This document shows positions 10,716-20,907 of a stretch of DNA of 64,000 nucleotides, one piece after another. The notes under the pieces were generated by a model. That model had not been told where the DNA came from, searched no databases, and saw only the letters and a program-made list of their open reading frames with translations. This stretch comes from a phage: the sequence record PV806337.1, one strand, 5' to 3'. How positions within the stretch are numbered: the first letter of the stretch is position 1; each line of letters starts with the position of its first letter. The position numbers and the translations under genes were made by a program.

Positions 10716-11084
10716 ATGACCAAACAACAATATTTAATACTTTGTGAGTCAATGGGTATAGAACCTGATCCTAAGGCTATGCCTGTTGAACTCGAAGATT
10801 TTCCACCTATTGTATCTATTAGTATGAATATCTATAACAGTCTGATTGACTGTTTCATACCGGGTGACTTTCCTATTTTTATAGGTAAGGATAAGGCTGC
10901 ATTAGGTGTTTTATTTGATATTTACGGGATTACTGATCCTATAGAAAAAGAATTTGTTCTACACATTATCAATATATTTGATGCTAAAGCTGTAGATGCT
11001 GCACGTAAACGTGCTGAGCAGCATAAACCGCAAAACGGAAGGATTCCTAACGTTAAGCCACATGCTAGATCTCGTGCACGGTAA
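10716..11084 (+). CDS. putative tail assembly chaperone, second ORF (possible frameshift extension)
   Basis: 122-aa ORF lacking Shine-Dalgarno; its frame is open from 10629 and overlaps the end of the upstream ORF. Confidence 0.4.
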   Translation: MTKQQYLILCESMGIEPDPKAMPVELEDFPPIVSISMNIYNSLIDCFIPGDFPIFIGKDKAALGVLFDIYGITDPIEKEFVLHIINIFDAKAVDAARKRAEQHKPQNGRIPNVKPHARSRAR

Positions 11085-11119
11085 AAGTTTCCTCCAATGG
11101 GCGTTCCACGATGAGGCTT

Positions 11120-11151
11120 GGCTCTGGGTGATTTGCCCAGAGCCTTTTTTA
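11120..11151 (+). terminator. rho-independent terminator
   Basis: GGCTCTGGG-tgatttg-CCCAGAGCC hairpin followed by TTTTTT. Confidence 0.75.
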
Positions 11152-11167
11152 TTGGGAAAAATAAAAC

Positions 11168-14100
11168 ATGACTGATAAGCTAATACGAGAATTACTAATA
11201 GACGTTAAACAGAAGGGGGCAACTCGTACTGCAAAGTCTATTGAAAACGTATCTGATGCGTTGGAAAATGCTGCTGCTGCTTCCGAACTGACAAATGAGC
11301 AGTTAGGTAAAATGCCCAGAACTCTTTATTCCATTGAGAGGGCAGCAGACAGAGCAGCGAAAAGTCTTACTAAAATGCAAGCTAGTAGGGGTATGGCTGG
11401 TATCACTAAATCCATTGACGGTATTGGTGATAAGCTAGACTACCTGGCTATCCAGCTTATTGAAGTAACAGATAAACTAGAAATTGGATTCGATGGAGTT
11501 TCTAGATCTGTTAAAACAATGGGTAATGATGTTGCAGCTGCAACAGAAAAAGTACAAGATAGATTATATGATACTAATAGAGCATTAGGTGGCACAGCTA
11601 GGGGTTTTAATGATACTGCTGGTGCCGCTGGTAGAGCTTCTAGAGCTATTGGTAATACTTCTGGTTCAGCACGTGGTGCAACTCGTGATTTTGCGGCAAT
11701 GGCTAAGATCGGTGGTAGTCTACCTATTATGTACGCAGCTCTTGCTTCCAACATCTTCGTTTTGCAATCAGCATTTGAACAACTTAAACTAGGTGATCAG
11801 CTAAATCGTCTAGAAAAATTTGGTGTTATAGTAGGTACTCAGACAGGTACTCCTGTTCAGACCCTAGCTAGATCACTACAAGAAGCTGCTGGATATGCTA
11901 TTTCTTTTGAGGAAGCAATGAGACAGGCATCTTCAGCATCTGCTTATGGATTTGATGCCGAACAACTTAATAAATTTGGTTTAGTAGCTCGTCGTGCTGC
12001 TGCTGTTCTTGGTGTTGATATGACTGATGCACTTAACCGTGTAATTAAGGGCGTATCTAAACAAGAAATCGAACTTCTGGATGAACTTGGTGTCACCATC
12101 CGTCTTAATGACGCATACGCTGATTATGTTAAACAGTTAAATGCTGCAAACACAGGTATAACATATAATGTTAATAGTCTTACCACTTTCCAGAAACAAC
12201 AAGCATACGCTAACGCGGTAATTGCTGAATCTACTAAGCGGTTTGGCTACCTAGATGAAGTACTACGTGCAACTCCATGGGAGCAATTTGCTGCTAATGC
12301 AGATGCTGCACTAAGAAAAATACAACAAGCTGCTGCTAAGTATTTAGGGCCAGTAATTGATGCTATCAACACAGTATTTTATACATCTCAGGCTTCTATA
12401 TCTGCTGAGGCAGCTAGAGCTCAAGAAAAAACTAATAGACAGATAGACCCTACCAACGTTGGTGCTGTTGCTTTAAGTTTAGCTGCTTCTGAAGAAGGCT
12501 ATAATAAAGCTCTAGATATGTATAAGGAATCTCTTGATAAGCGTAATAAGCTAAAATCTGAGTTCGATAAACGAATGGAACAAGCAGATTTCTATACAAA
12601 ACTAGCTATACGTCAAGTTGGTGAAGGTATTCCTGTTGGTCTTGCAGCAGCAGGTGCTTCGGAGGCCAATAAGCAATTTGTAGCAGAAACTGCAGCTATG
12701 GGTCTACAAGTAACTAGACTTGGTAAGGAAGTAGAGGATTCTACAGAGAATCTCAATGCTTGGAAATCAGCGTATCAAGCTGCTGGGGCCGCTGCTGCAA
12801 AGGCTAGTCCAGAGTTTCAGAAGCAAATTAATCTACAGAGAGATACTACTGACCCTGATGCTGTATACGATTTTAACTCTACTGTATTAAAAGGACTAAC
12901 TGAGCAGCAGAAAGCGTACAATCAGACTAAGAAAACGGCTAGTGACTTAGCTAATGACATACAGAACGTTGCTCAGAATACAGATACTGCTGCTAAAACT
13001 AGTGCTACTTTAGCAGATGCTATAAAAAATATAGAATCTCTATCTCTAGGTACTGGTAAAAGTGCAGATGAGTACGTTAAAAATCTTAACCTAGGCTATA
13101 ACACTCTGTCTGAAATGAAAACTGCGTCTCAGGCCTTATCTGAGTATGTTAAACTAACCGGTAATGAAACTAAAAATCAGTTAGCAGTTCAACAGAAGAT
13201 AGCTGATGTATATAACCAAACTAAGGATAAAGAAAAAGCACAGGAAGCCGGTAGGCGTTTAGAACTCCAACAGTTAGAAGAGCAAGAAGCTGCTTTACGC
13301 CGTGTTCTTCAAACAAACCAGGGAAATAAAGCTGTTGAGAAAGAAATTGAAAAAATTCAGCTGGAGAAACTTAAACTTACCAATCAGGGTATGGAAGCTC
13401 AGAAGAAGGTCAAGGATTACACAGATAAAATTCTTGGTGTAGATCGTGAGATAGCTCTCTTAAATAACCGTACTATGACAGATACTCAGTATCGTCTAGC
13501 ACAGTTAAATCTTGAATTGACCATTGAAAAAGAGAAGTACGAATGGTATACAAAACAAGCGGACAAACAGAAAGAGGCTGAACAGTCTAGACGTTCTCAA
13601 GCCCAAATTGAACGTGAAATATGGAAATTCCGTCAGGACCAGCAAGCTGAAATGACCAGTAAAAGGCAAGAAGCCTTTGAAAATACTCTAACTTCCATGT
13701 TCCCTCTGGCAGGGGAAATGCAAAAAATGGAAATGCAGTTAGATTTTTATACTCAGATGAAAGAACTTACCAAAGGTAATGCTAATGAGCAAATGCGCTG
13801 GAATGCTGAAATAGCTAAGACAAGGGCTCAGATGTCAGCTTTAACAGCACAACGTAATGCTCAGATGCAGCAACAGGTAGGTTCTTCTGTTGGAGCTACT
13901 TATACTCCTACAACTGGTCTATCTGGAGCAGATAAAGATTTTGCTGATATGCAGAATAGGATGTCTTCGTATGACCAAGCAATTTCTAAACTATCTGAGT
14001 TAAATTCCGAAGCAACTGCTGTAGCTCAAAGCATGGGTAATTTAACTAACTCTATGATTCAGTTCTCCCAGGGATCCCTAGATACTACGTCTATGATTGC

Positions 14101-14851
14101 TTCTGGTATGCAGACTGTAGCCTCGATGATTCAATATAGTACTAGCCAACAAGTTAGTGCAATTGATCAGGCTATTGCAGCAGAACAGAAACGTGATGGT
14201 AAATCTGAGGCATCTAAAGCTAAGCTGAAGAAACTAGAAGCTGAAAAGCTGAAGATTCAACAAGACGCAGCTAAGAAGCAGATCATCATCCAAACTGCAG
14301 TAGCAGTTATGCAGGCAGCAACAGCTGTACCATACCCGTTCTCTATCCCTCTGATGATAGCGGCAGGTTTAGCAGGTGCCTTAGCTCTTGCTCAAGCATC
14401 TTCTGCATCTGGCATGTCTAGTATAGGGGATTCTGGGGCTGATACCACTAGTTATTTAACCTTAGGAGAGCGTCAGAAGAATATAGATGTGTCCATGTCT
14501 GCTAATGCAGGTGAACTATCTTATATTCGTGGCGATCAAGGTATAGGGAGTGCCAACTCTTTCGTTCCTCGTGCTGAGGGTGGTAATATGTACCCTGGGG
14601 TTAGCTATCAAATGGGTGAGCATGGTACAGAAGTAGTTACCCCTATGGTTCCTATGAAAGCTACGCCTAATGATGAGCTAAAAACCTCATCTAACTCAAC
14701 TTCAGGAAGACCTATCATCTTGAATATTAGTGCTATGGATGCTGCAAGTTTTAGAGAGTTTGCTTCTAGTAATAGTGGTGCTCTAAGAGACGCAGTAGAA
14801 TTAGCTCTGAATGAGAACGGTGCTAGTCTGAAAACATTAGGAAATTCTTAA
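11168..14851 (+). CDS. tail tape measure protein (pb2-like)
   Basis: 1227 aa; long Ala/Gln-rich coiled coils, hydrophobic segment near C-terminus (PFSIPLMIAAGLAGALALA); position and size typical of TMP. Confidence 0.9.
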   Translation: MTDKLIRELLIDVKQKGATRTAKSIENVSDALENAAAASELTNEQLGKMPRTLYSIERAADRAAKSLTKMQASRGMAGITKSIDGIGDKLDYLAIQLIEVTDKLEIGFDGVSRSVKTMGNDVAAATEKVQDRLYDTNRALGGTARGFNDTAGAAGRASRAIGNTSGSARGATRDFAAMAKIGGSLPIMYAALASNIFVLQSAFEQLKLGDQLNRLEKFGVIVGTQTGTPVQTLARSLQEAAGYAISFEEAMRQASSASAYGFDAEQLNKFGLVARRAAAVLGVDMTDALNRVIKGVSKQEIELLDELGVTIRLNDAYADYVKQLNAANTGITYNVNSLTTFQKQQAYANAVIAESTKRFGYLDEVLRATPWEQFAANADAALRKIQQAAAKYLGPVIDAINTVFYTSQASISAEAARAQEKTNRQIDPTNVGAVALSLAASEEGYNKALDMYKESLDKRNKLKSEFDKRMEQADFYTKLAIRQVGEGIPVGLAAAGASEANKQFVAETAAMGLQVTRLGKEVEDSTENLNAWKSAYQAAGAAAAKASPEFQKQINLQRDTTDPDAVYDFNSTVLKGLTEQQKAYNQTKKTASDLANDIQNVAQNTDTAAKTSATLADAIKNIESLSLGTGKSADEYVKNLNLGYNTLSEMKTASQALSEYVKLTGNETKNQLAVQQKIADVYNQTKDKEKAQEAGRRLELQQLEEQEAALRRVLQTNQGNKAVEKEIEKIQLEKLKLTNQGMEAQKKVKDYTDKILGVDREIALLNNRTMTDTQYRLAQLNLELTIEKEKYEWYTKQADKQKEAEQSRRSQAQIEREIWKFRQDQQAEMTSKRQEAFENTLTSMFPLAGEMQKMEMQLDFYTQMKELTKGNANEQMRWNAEIAKTRAQMSALTAQRNAQMQQQVGSSVGATYTPTTGLSGADKDFADMQNRMSSYDQAISKLSELNSEATAVAQSMGNLTNSMIQFSQGSLDTTSMIASGMQTVASMIQYSTSQQVSAIDQAIAAEQKRDGKSEASKAKLKKLEAEKLKIQQDAAKKQIIIQTAVAVMQAATAVPYPFSIPLMIAAGLAGALALAQASSASGMSSIGDSGADTTSYLTLGERQKNIDVSMSANAGELSYIRGDQGIGSANSFVPRAEGGNMYPGVSYQMGEHGTEVVTPMVPMKATPNDELKTSSNSTSGRPIILNISAMDAASFREFASSNSGALRDAVELALNENGASLKTLGNS

Positions 14852-14856
14852 AACTG

Positions 14857-14887
14857 GAGGAGGACTTTGAGTCCTCCTTTTCTTTAT
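14857..14887 (+). terminator. rho-independent terminator after tape measure gene
   Basis: AGGAGGAC-tttg-GTCCTCC hairpin followed by TTTTCTTTAT. Confidence 0.75.
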
Positions 14888-14904
14888 GGAAAAATAAAAA
14901 TTTC

Positions 14905-14933
14905 TTGATAAAATTTTCTAATACTATTATAAT
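14905..14933 (+). promoter_or_regulatory. sigma70-type promoter upstream of Dit gene
   Basis: TTGATA -35, 17-bp spacer, TATAAT -10; followed by RBS AAAGAGGAGAAATTAACT and ATG at 14961. Confidence 0.55.
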
Positions 14934-14960
14934 ATTGTTATTAAAGAGGAGAAATTAACT

Positions 14961-15575
14961 ATGAGATTACCAGACCCATACACGAATCCAGAACTTTCAG
15001 GCTTAGGATTCGAAAGTGTTAACCTGATTGATAATGACCCAGTAATTCGTGATGAGTTACCAAATGGTAAAGTTAACGAAGTTAAGGTATCTGCTCAATA
15101 CTGGGGTATAAATATTTCTTATCCAGAATTATTTCCAGATGAATATAGTGTTCTAGATGCTTTTATTCTAGAATACAAAAGGACTGGTGGTTATATAGAT
15201 GTTATATTACCCCAATACGAAGCTTTTAGAGTTAGAGGTAATACTAGTCTAGTAAATATACCTGCTGGACAGAAGGGTTCTAATATAACTATGAATACAA
15301 AAGGACTTCTTACAGGTACTCCAAAACCGGGGGATCTATTTAAGCTGTCTAACCACCCAAAAGTATATAAAATAACATCATTTAACAAATCAGGTAATAC
15401 ATGGTCTATAAACTTATACCCTGATTTATTTATAACTACTACTGGAGCGGAGAAGCCAGTATTTAATGGAATACTATTTAGAACAAAACTCATGAATGGT
15501 GATGCTTTTGGATCTACACTAAATAATAACGGAACATATTCCAACATCTCATTAAATTTACGGGAAAGTCTATGA
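14961..15575 (+). CDS. distal tail protein Dit (pb9-like)
   Basis: 204 aa immediately after TMP; strong RBS. Confidence 0.7.
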   Translation: MRLPDPYTNPELSGLGFESVNLIDNDPVIRDELPNGKVNEVKVSAQYWGINISYPELFPDEYSVLDAFILEYKRTGGYIDVILPQYEAFRVRGNTSLVNIPAGQKGSNITMNTKGLLTGTPKPGDLFKLSNHPKVYKITSFNKSGNTWSINLYPDLFITTTGAEKPVFNGILFRTKLMNGDAFGSTLNNNGTYSNISLNLRESL

Positions 15576-18421
15576 AAAAAATATTAGATAGTGCTAGAAA
15601 CTACTTAAAAAATAATAGCAGAATAAAAACTGCTAGTCTAATTTCTCTAGAGTTACCTGGCTCTACTGGTACTAGTACTGCTTTTATTTATTTAACTGAT
15701 TATTTTAGGGATGTACTATATAATGGCATCCTATACCAGGCAGGTAAAGTTAAGTCTATTAGCTCACACAAACAAAATAGAGATTTATCTATTGGTAGTC
15801 TATCTTTTACTATTACTGGTACAGCACAAGATGAAGTACTAAAACTAGTACAAAATGGTGTATCCTTCTTAGATAGAACAGTATCAATTCATCAAGCAAT
15901 TATTACTGAGGATGGTTCTATTCTACCAGTAGACCCAGATACAAATGGTCCTTTACTGTATTTTAGGGGGAGAATTACTGGAGGAGGTATTAAAGATAAC
16001 ATTAGTACCTCTGGAGTAGGAACCTCTACAATTACCTGGAATTGTTCTAACCAATTCTATGACTTTGATAGAGTTAATGGTAGATATACTGATGACGCTT
16101 CCCATAGGGGGCTTGAAGTTGTAGCAGGACAATTAGTTCCATCTAACGGAGCTAAAAGACCTGAGTACCAAGAAGACTATGGGTTCTTTCATGCTAATAA
16201 AAGTATATCTATACTAGCAAAGTACCAAGTACAGGAAGAAAGGTATAAGCTAAAATCAAAGAAAAAACTATTTGGCTTATCTAGAAGCTATAGCCTTAAA
16301 AAGTACTATGAAACTGTTACTAAGGAAGTAGATATAGATTTTAACCTTGCTGCTAAATATATACCAGTAGTTTATGGTGTGCAGAAAATACCGGGAATAC
16401 CTATTTTTGCGGATACAGAACTACACAATCCTAATATAGTTTATGTAGTATATGCCTTTGCTGAAGGGGAGATAGACGGTTTTCTTGATTTTTCCTTTGG
16501 CGATAACCCTATGATTTGTATGAATGATAATGATAGTTCTTCCAGAACCTGCTTTGGTGTTAAAAAAGTGGCTGGGGACACCATGCAAAGAATAGCGTCA
16601 GGAACACCTTCTAGTAGTCCTTCCGTGCATGGGCAGGAGTATAAGTATAATGATGGGAATGGTGACATAAGAATTTGGACGTATCATGGAAAACCTGACC
16701 AAACGGCTTCTGAAGTACTAGTAGATATAGCTAAAGAACGTGGGTTCTACCTTCAGAATATGAATGGCAATGGACCGGAGTACTGGGATGCTAGGTATAA
16801 ACTACTAGATACTGCATACGCAGTGGTGCGCTTCACTATTAATGAAAATAGAACTGAGATTCCTGAAGTTAGTGCTGAAATTCAAGGTAAAAAAGTAAAA
16901 GTCTATCATTCTGATGGTAGAGTAACTGCTAATAGTACTAGTTTAAATGGTATTTGGCAAACACTTGATTACTTAACCTCTGATAGATATGGCGCTAATA
17001 TTACCATTGATCAGTTCCCCCTTCAGCAATTAATACAGGAAGCAGCTATTTTAGATATTATAGATGAATCCTACCAAGTATCTTGGCAGCCATATTGGAG
17101 ATACGTTGGGTGGACTGATCCACTAGCAGAAAATAGACAAATAGTACAAATGAATACTATTCTGGATACATCTGAATCAGTATTTAAAAATGTGCAAGGT
17201 TTGTTAGAGTCCTATGGTGGGGCTATTAACAATTTATCTGGCCAGTATAGGGTTACTGTAGAAAAATACTCTAATACTCCATTAGAGATTAATTTTCTAG
17301 ATACTTACGGTGATTTGGAGCTATCTGATACTACTGGTAGAAATAAATTCAACTCAGTTCAAGCATCTATTGTGGATCCTGCCCTTAGTTGGAAAACTAA
17401 TGCCATTACATTCTATAACTCCAAGTATAAGGAACAGGACAAGAACCTAGATAAAAAACTACAACTATCTTTTGCTAATATTACTAATTATTATACTGCA
17501 AGAAGTTTTGCGGATAGGGAACTTAAGAAATCCAGATACTCAAGAACACTTTCTTTCTCATTGCCATATCAATTCATTGGTATTGAGCCTAATGATGCTA
17601 TTGCATTCACGTATGATCGTTATGGATGGAACAAAAAGTATTTCCTAGTTGATGAGGTTGAAAATTCTAGGGAAGGAAAGATAAATGTTACTCTACAGGA
17701 GTATGGAGAAGATGTATTCATCAACTCTGAGCAGGTTGATAATAGCGGTAATGATATTCCTGATATTAGTAATAATGTCCTTCCTCCTAGAGACTTTAAG
17801 TATACCCCTACTCCTGGCGGTTTAGTAGGCTCTATAGGTAAAAATGGTGAGTTATCCTGGCTTCCGAGTCTAACCAATAATGTAGTTTATTACTCTATTG
17901 TACATTCAGGCCATGCCGAACCTTACATAGTACAACAGTTAGAGACCAACCCTAACGAACGTATGATCCAAGAAATAATTGGAGAACCAGCAGGTCTGGC
18001 TATATTTGAGATAAGGGCAGTAGATATTAATGGTAGAAGAAGTTCCCCGGTGACTCTGTCTATAGAACTTAACTCTGCTAAAAACCTTAGTGTAGTATCC
18101 AATTTTAGGGTAATTAATACTGCTTCCGGAGATGTAACTGAGTTTGTTGGCCCAGATGTGAAACTAGCCTGGGATAGAATACCTGAAGAAGATATAATAG
18201 AGAGTATATTTTATACCCTTGAAATACACGATTCACAAAATAGGATGTTAAGAAGTGTACGTATTGAAAATCAGTACACTTATGACTATTTATTAACGTA
18301 TAATAAGGCAGACTTCGCTCTCCAGAACAGCGGTGCTCTAGGTATAAATAGAAAATTATATTTTCGTATTAGGGCTGAAGGGGATGATGGAGAACAGTCT
18401 GTGGAGTGGGCATCCATTTAA
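15572..18421 (+). CDS. baseplate hub / tail-associated protein (pb3-like)
   Basis: 949 aa following Dit; C-terminal fibronectin-III-like beta-rich repeats. Confidence 0.75.
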   Translation: MKKILDSARNYLKNNSRIKTASLISLELPGSTGTSTAFIYLTDYFRDVLYNGILYQAGKVKSISSHKQNRDLSIGSLSFTITGTAQDEVLKLVQNGVSFLDRTVSIHQAIITEDGSILPVDPDTNGPLLYFRGRITGGGIKDNISTSGVGTSTITWNCSNQFYDFDRVNGRYTDDASHRGLEVVAGQLVPSNGAKRPEYQEDYGFFHANKSISILAKYQVQEERYKLKSKKKLFGLSRSYSLKKYYETVTKEVDIDFNLAAKYIPVVYGVQKIPGIPIFADTELHNPNIVYVVYAFAEGEIDGFLDFSFGDNPMICMNDNDSSSRTCFGVKKVAGDTMQRIASGTPSSSPSVHGQEYKYNDGNGDIRIWTYHGKPDQTASEVLVDIAKERGFYLQNMNGNGPEYWDARYKLLDTAYAVVRFTINENRTEIPEVSAEIQGKKVKVYHSDGRVTANSTSLNGIWQTLDYLTSDRYGANITIDQFPLQQLIQEAAILDIIDESYQVSWQPYWRYVGWTDPLAENRQIVQMNTILDTSESVFKNVQGLLESYGGAINNLSGQYRVTVEKYSNTPLEINFLDTYGDLELSDTTGRNKFNSVQASIVDPALSWKTNAITFYNSKYKEQDKNLDKKLQLSFANITNYYTARSFADRELKKSRYSRTLSFSLPYQFIGIEPNDAIAFTYDRYGWNKKYFLVDEVENSREGKINVTLQEYGEDVFINSEQVDNSGNDIPDISNNVLPPRDFKYTPTPGGLVGSIGKNGELSWLPSLTNNVVYYSIVHSGHAEPYIVQQLETNPNERMIQEIIGEPAGLAIFEIRAVDINGRRSSPVTLSIELNSAKNLSVVSNFRVINTASGDVTEFVGPDVKLAWDRIPEEDIIESIFYTLEIHDSQNRMLRSVRIENQYTYDYLLTYNKADFALQNSGALGINRKLYFRIRAEGDDGEQSVEWASI

Positions 18422-20478
18422 TGATTTCAAATAATGCACCAGCCAAAATGGTCTTAAATAGTATAATGACTGGATATACTTTGGCTTATGTCCAGCACTC
18501 CATCTATACTGATTATGATGTTATTGGTAGATCTTTTTGGTTAAAAATAGGAGAAAGTATAGATAGACGTGATTACACCGGTATAGATACTTTCTTCGTA
18601 ATGATTAATAATCTAACCCCCTCTACCTCCTATGAGATTCAGGGGGCTTTCTATGACTCAATTATTGACTCAGAGCTTTTAAATGCAAAAATTGGTATCA
18701 ACCTCTCTAATGAAACTAACTTTAGAACAAAGGAAAAGCCAATAATTGTTGCAGCAAGATCTGAATCAGAACCCGTCGACGTAGGTGTTGGTGCTCCAAT
18801 AGTTGTTGTAGATACTACTGGTGAAGCTAGTTACTGCACTATTGAATTAAAAAGTACTGCATCAGAAGATAGTGAATGGGTTAAGTATTATATAGGTGCG
18901 CTGGGACCTACTATCAAATTTGGTGGTGTTCCTGTTGGTGACTATAAGATCAGAATATCTGGTCAAGTTACGATGCCAGATGGTGTTACAGTTGACTCAT
19001 CTGGTTATTATGAATATCCTAGCGTTTTCACTGTAGCTTATAATTTCGTACCCCCTACTGCACCTACTAACATTGCCTTTAAAGCTGCACGAATTGCAGA
19101 TGGTAAGGAACGATATGATGTTAGAATAGAATGGGACTGGGAACGTGGTGCTGGTGCTAATGTCCGTGAATTTCTGGTTACTTATATAAACTCTGAAGAA
19201 TATGCCAAGACTGGCTGGGCTAAAGCTCAAAAGATAAACGTTGGAGCTGCTAGAGCTGCAACGATTATATCATTCCCATGGAAAGTTGAGCATACTTTTA
19301 AGGTATCATCAATTGCCTGGGGACCAAATAAGCAAGATATAACAGAATCAGCTCCTGCAACATTTATATTGAATGAAGATACTCCTCTAGACAACAGTTT
19401 TGTCAATGAGACGGGTATTGATGTTAATTATGCCTTTATTAAGGGCAGCATGAAAGATGGAGAAATCTGGAGACAGACATTCTTAATCGACGCAGCTACT
19501 GGTGCTATTAACATTGGTCTGCTAGATGAAGAAGGAAAAGCACCTATTTCTTTTGACCCTATAAACCGTGTTGTTAACGTTGATGGTAAAGTAATTACTA
19601 GAGATATTAATGCTGCGAACTTTATCATGACTAACTTATCAGGTAAGGATAATCCAGCAATTTACACTCAAGGTAAATCTTGGGGGGATAATAATTCAGG
19701 TATTTGGATGGGTATGGATAATACCTCTGCCAAAGCTAAACTAGACATTGGTAATGCTACACAATGGATACGTTATGATGGTACTACTTTGCGTATCTCT
19801 AGTGGTGTAGTAATTGGAACACCAAATGGTGACGTAGATATTGAAACTGGTTTACAAGGTAAACAGACAGTATTTGTTTATAAGTTAGCAACATCTCTAC
19901 CTGCTAAACCACTAGAACAAGATTATCCGCCTCCTGGTTGGTCAAAAACTCCACCTAACCGTACAGATATGACACAGAATATCTATGCCACTACAGGTAC
20001 GCTTGATCCCGTTACTAACAAACTTCTTGAAGGTACTAGCTGGTCTGATGTAGTTCAGTGGAGTGGTACTGAGGGTACTATAGGACATGATGGACAACGT
20101 GGTCCTGGAATGTACTCCTTAGGTATTCCTGGTCTTGGGGGCTGGGATGATGGGCAGGCTAATGCCTTCTTCCAGAATAACTTTGGTAGTCCTCCTGTTA
20201 GATATGATGTATTAACCGAATTTAATAGTAATGCTCCACAATCAGCATTTACAAGGCAATGGAATGGGTCTGGTTGGGTTAGCCCTGCAATGGTTCTCCA
20301 CGGAAACATGATTGTTAATGGGACGGTGACGGCAGATAAAATTGTAGCAGGAAATGCTTTCTTATCTCAGATCGGTGTTAACATCATTTATGATAGAAAT
20401 GCTGCGTTATCCGGGAATCCTGAGGCATACTACAAGATGAAGATAGACCTAAATAGTGGGTATATCCATATAAGGTAA
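18421..20478 (+). CDS. tail tip protein (pb4-like)
   Basis: about 685 aa from ATG 18421 overlapping upstream stop; beta-rich, FN3-like repeats; ORF-track start 18406 is a GTG. Confidence 0.65.
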   Translation: MISNNAPAKMVLNSIMTGYTLAYVQHSIYTDYDVIGRSFWLKIGESIDRRDYTGIDTFFVMINNLTPSTSYEIQGAFYDSIIDSELLNAKIGINLSNETNFRTKEKPIIVAARSESEPVDVGVGAPIVVVDTTGEASYCTIELKSTASEDSEWVKYYIGALGPTIKFGGVPVGDYKIRISGQVTMPDGVTVDSSGYYEYPSVFTVAYNFVPPTAPTNIAFKAARIADGKERYDVRIEWDWERGAGANVREFLVTYINSEEYAKTGWAKAQKINVGAARAATIISFPWKVEHTFKVSSIAWGPNKQDITESAPATFILNEDTPLDNSFVNETGIDVNYAFIKGSMKDGEIWRQTFLIDAATGAINIGLLDEEGKAPISFDPINRVVNVDGKVITRDINAANFIMTNLSGKDNPAIYTQGKSWGDNNSGIWMGMDNTSAKAKLDIGNATQWIRYDGTTLRISSGVVIGTPNGDVDIETGLQGKQTVFVYKLATSLPAKPLEQDYPPPGWSKTPPNRTDMTQNIYATTGTLDPVTNKLLEGTSWSDVVQWSGTEGTIGHDGQRGPGMYSLGIPGLGGWDDGQANAFFQNNFGSPPVRYDVLTEFNSNAPQSAFTRQWNGSGWVSPAMVLHGNMIVNGTVTADKIVAGNAFLSQIGVNIIYDRNAALSGNPEAYYKMKIDLNSGYIHIR

Positions 20479-20484
20479 TAAATA

Positions 20485-20907
20485 ATGAGTACTGAAAATA
20501 GAGTTATAGACTTAGTGATAGATGAGAAAGTACCTTATGGTCTAATGATGCAATTCTTAGATGTTGATGATAGTACTTATCCACCTACAAATACCCCTGT
20601 TAACTTAACGGGGTATTCTCTAAGGGGTACTATAAAGGCCGGGCTTGATGAGAATGCGGAAACTTTGGCATCTTTTACTACTAAAATTATTGATGCTGCT
20701 CAAGGTGCCATAGCTATAAGTTTACCTGTAGAGGCGGTAGATAATATTGGTGAAAAAGCTACCAAAGAGAGAGATAAGTATAACCCTCGCCAACGTTTTG
20801 CAGGATACTATGATATAATTATGACACGAGATGTCATAGGATCAGCTATTAGCTCTTTTCGTATAATGGAGGGTAAAGTATTTATCAGTGATGGGGTAAC
20901 TAGATAA
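20485..20907 (+). CDS. tail collar protein (p132-like)
   Basis: 140-aa ORF between pb4-like and fibre genes. Confidence 0.55.
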   Translation: MSTENRVIDLVIDEKVPYGLMMQFLDVDDSTYPPTNTPVNLTGYSLRGTIKAGLDENAETLASFTTKIIDAAQGAIAISLPVEAVDNIGEKATKERDKYNPRQRFAGYYDIIMTRDVIGSAISSFRIMEGKVFISDGVTR

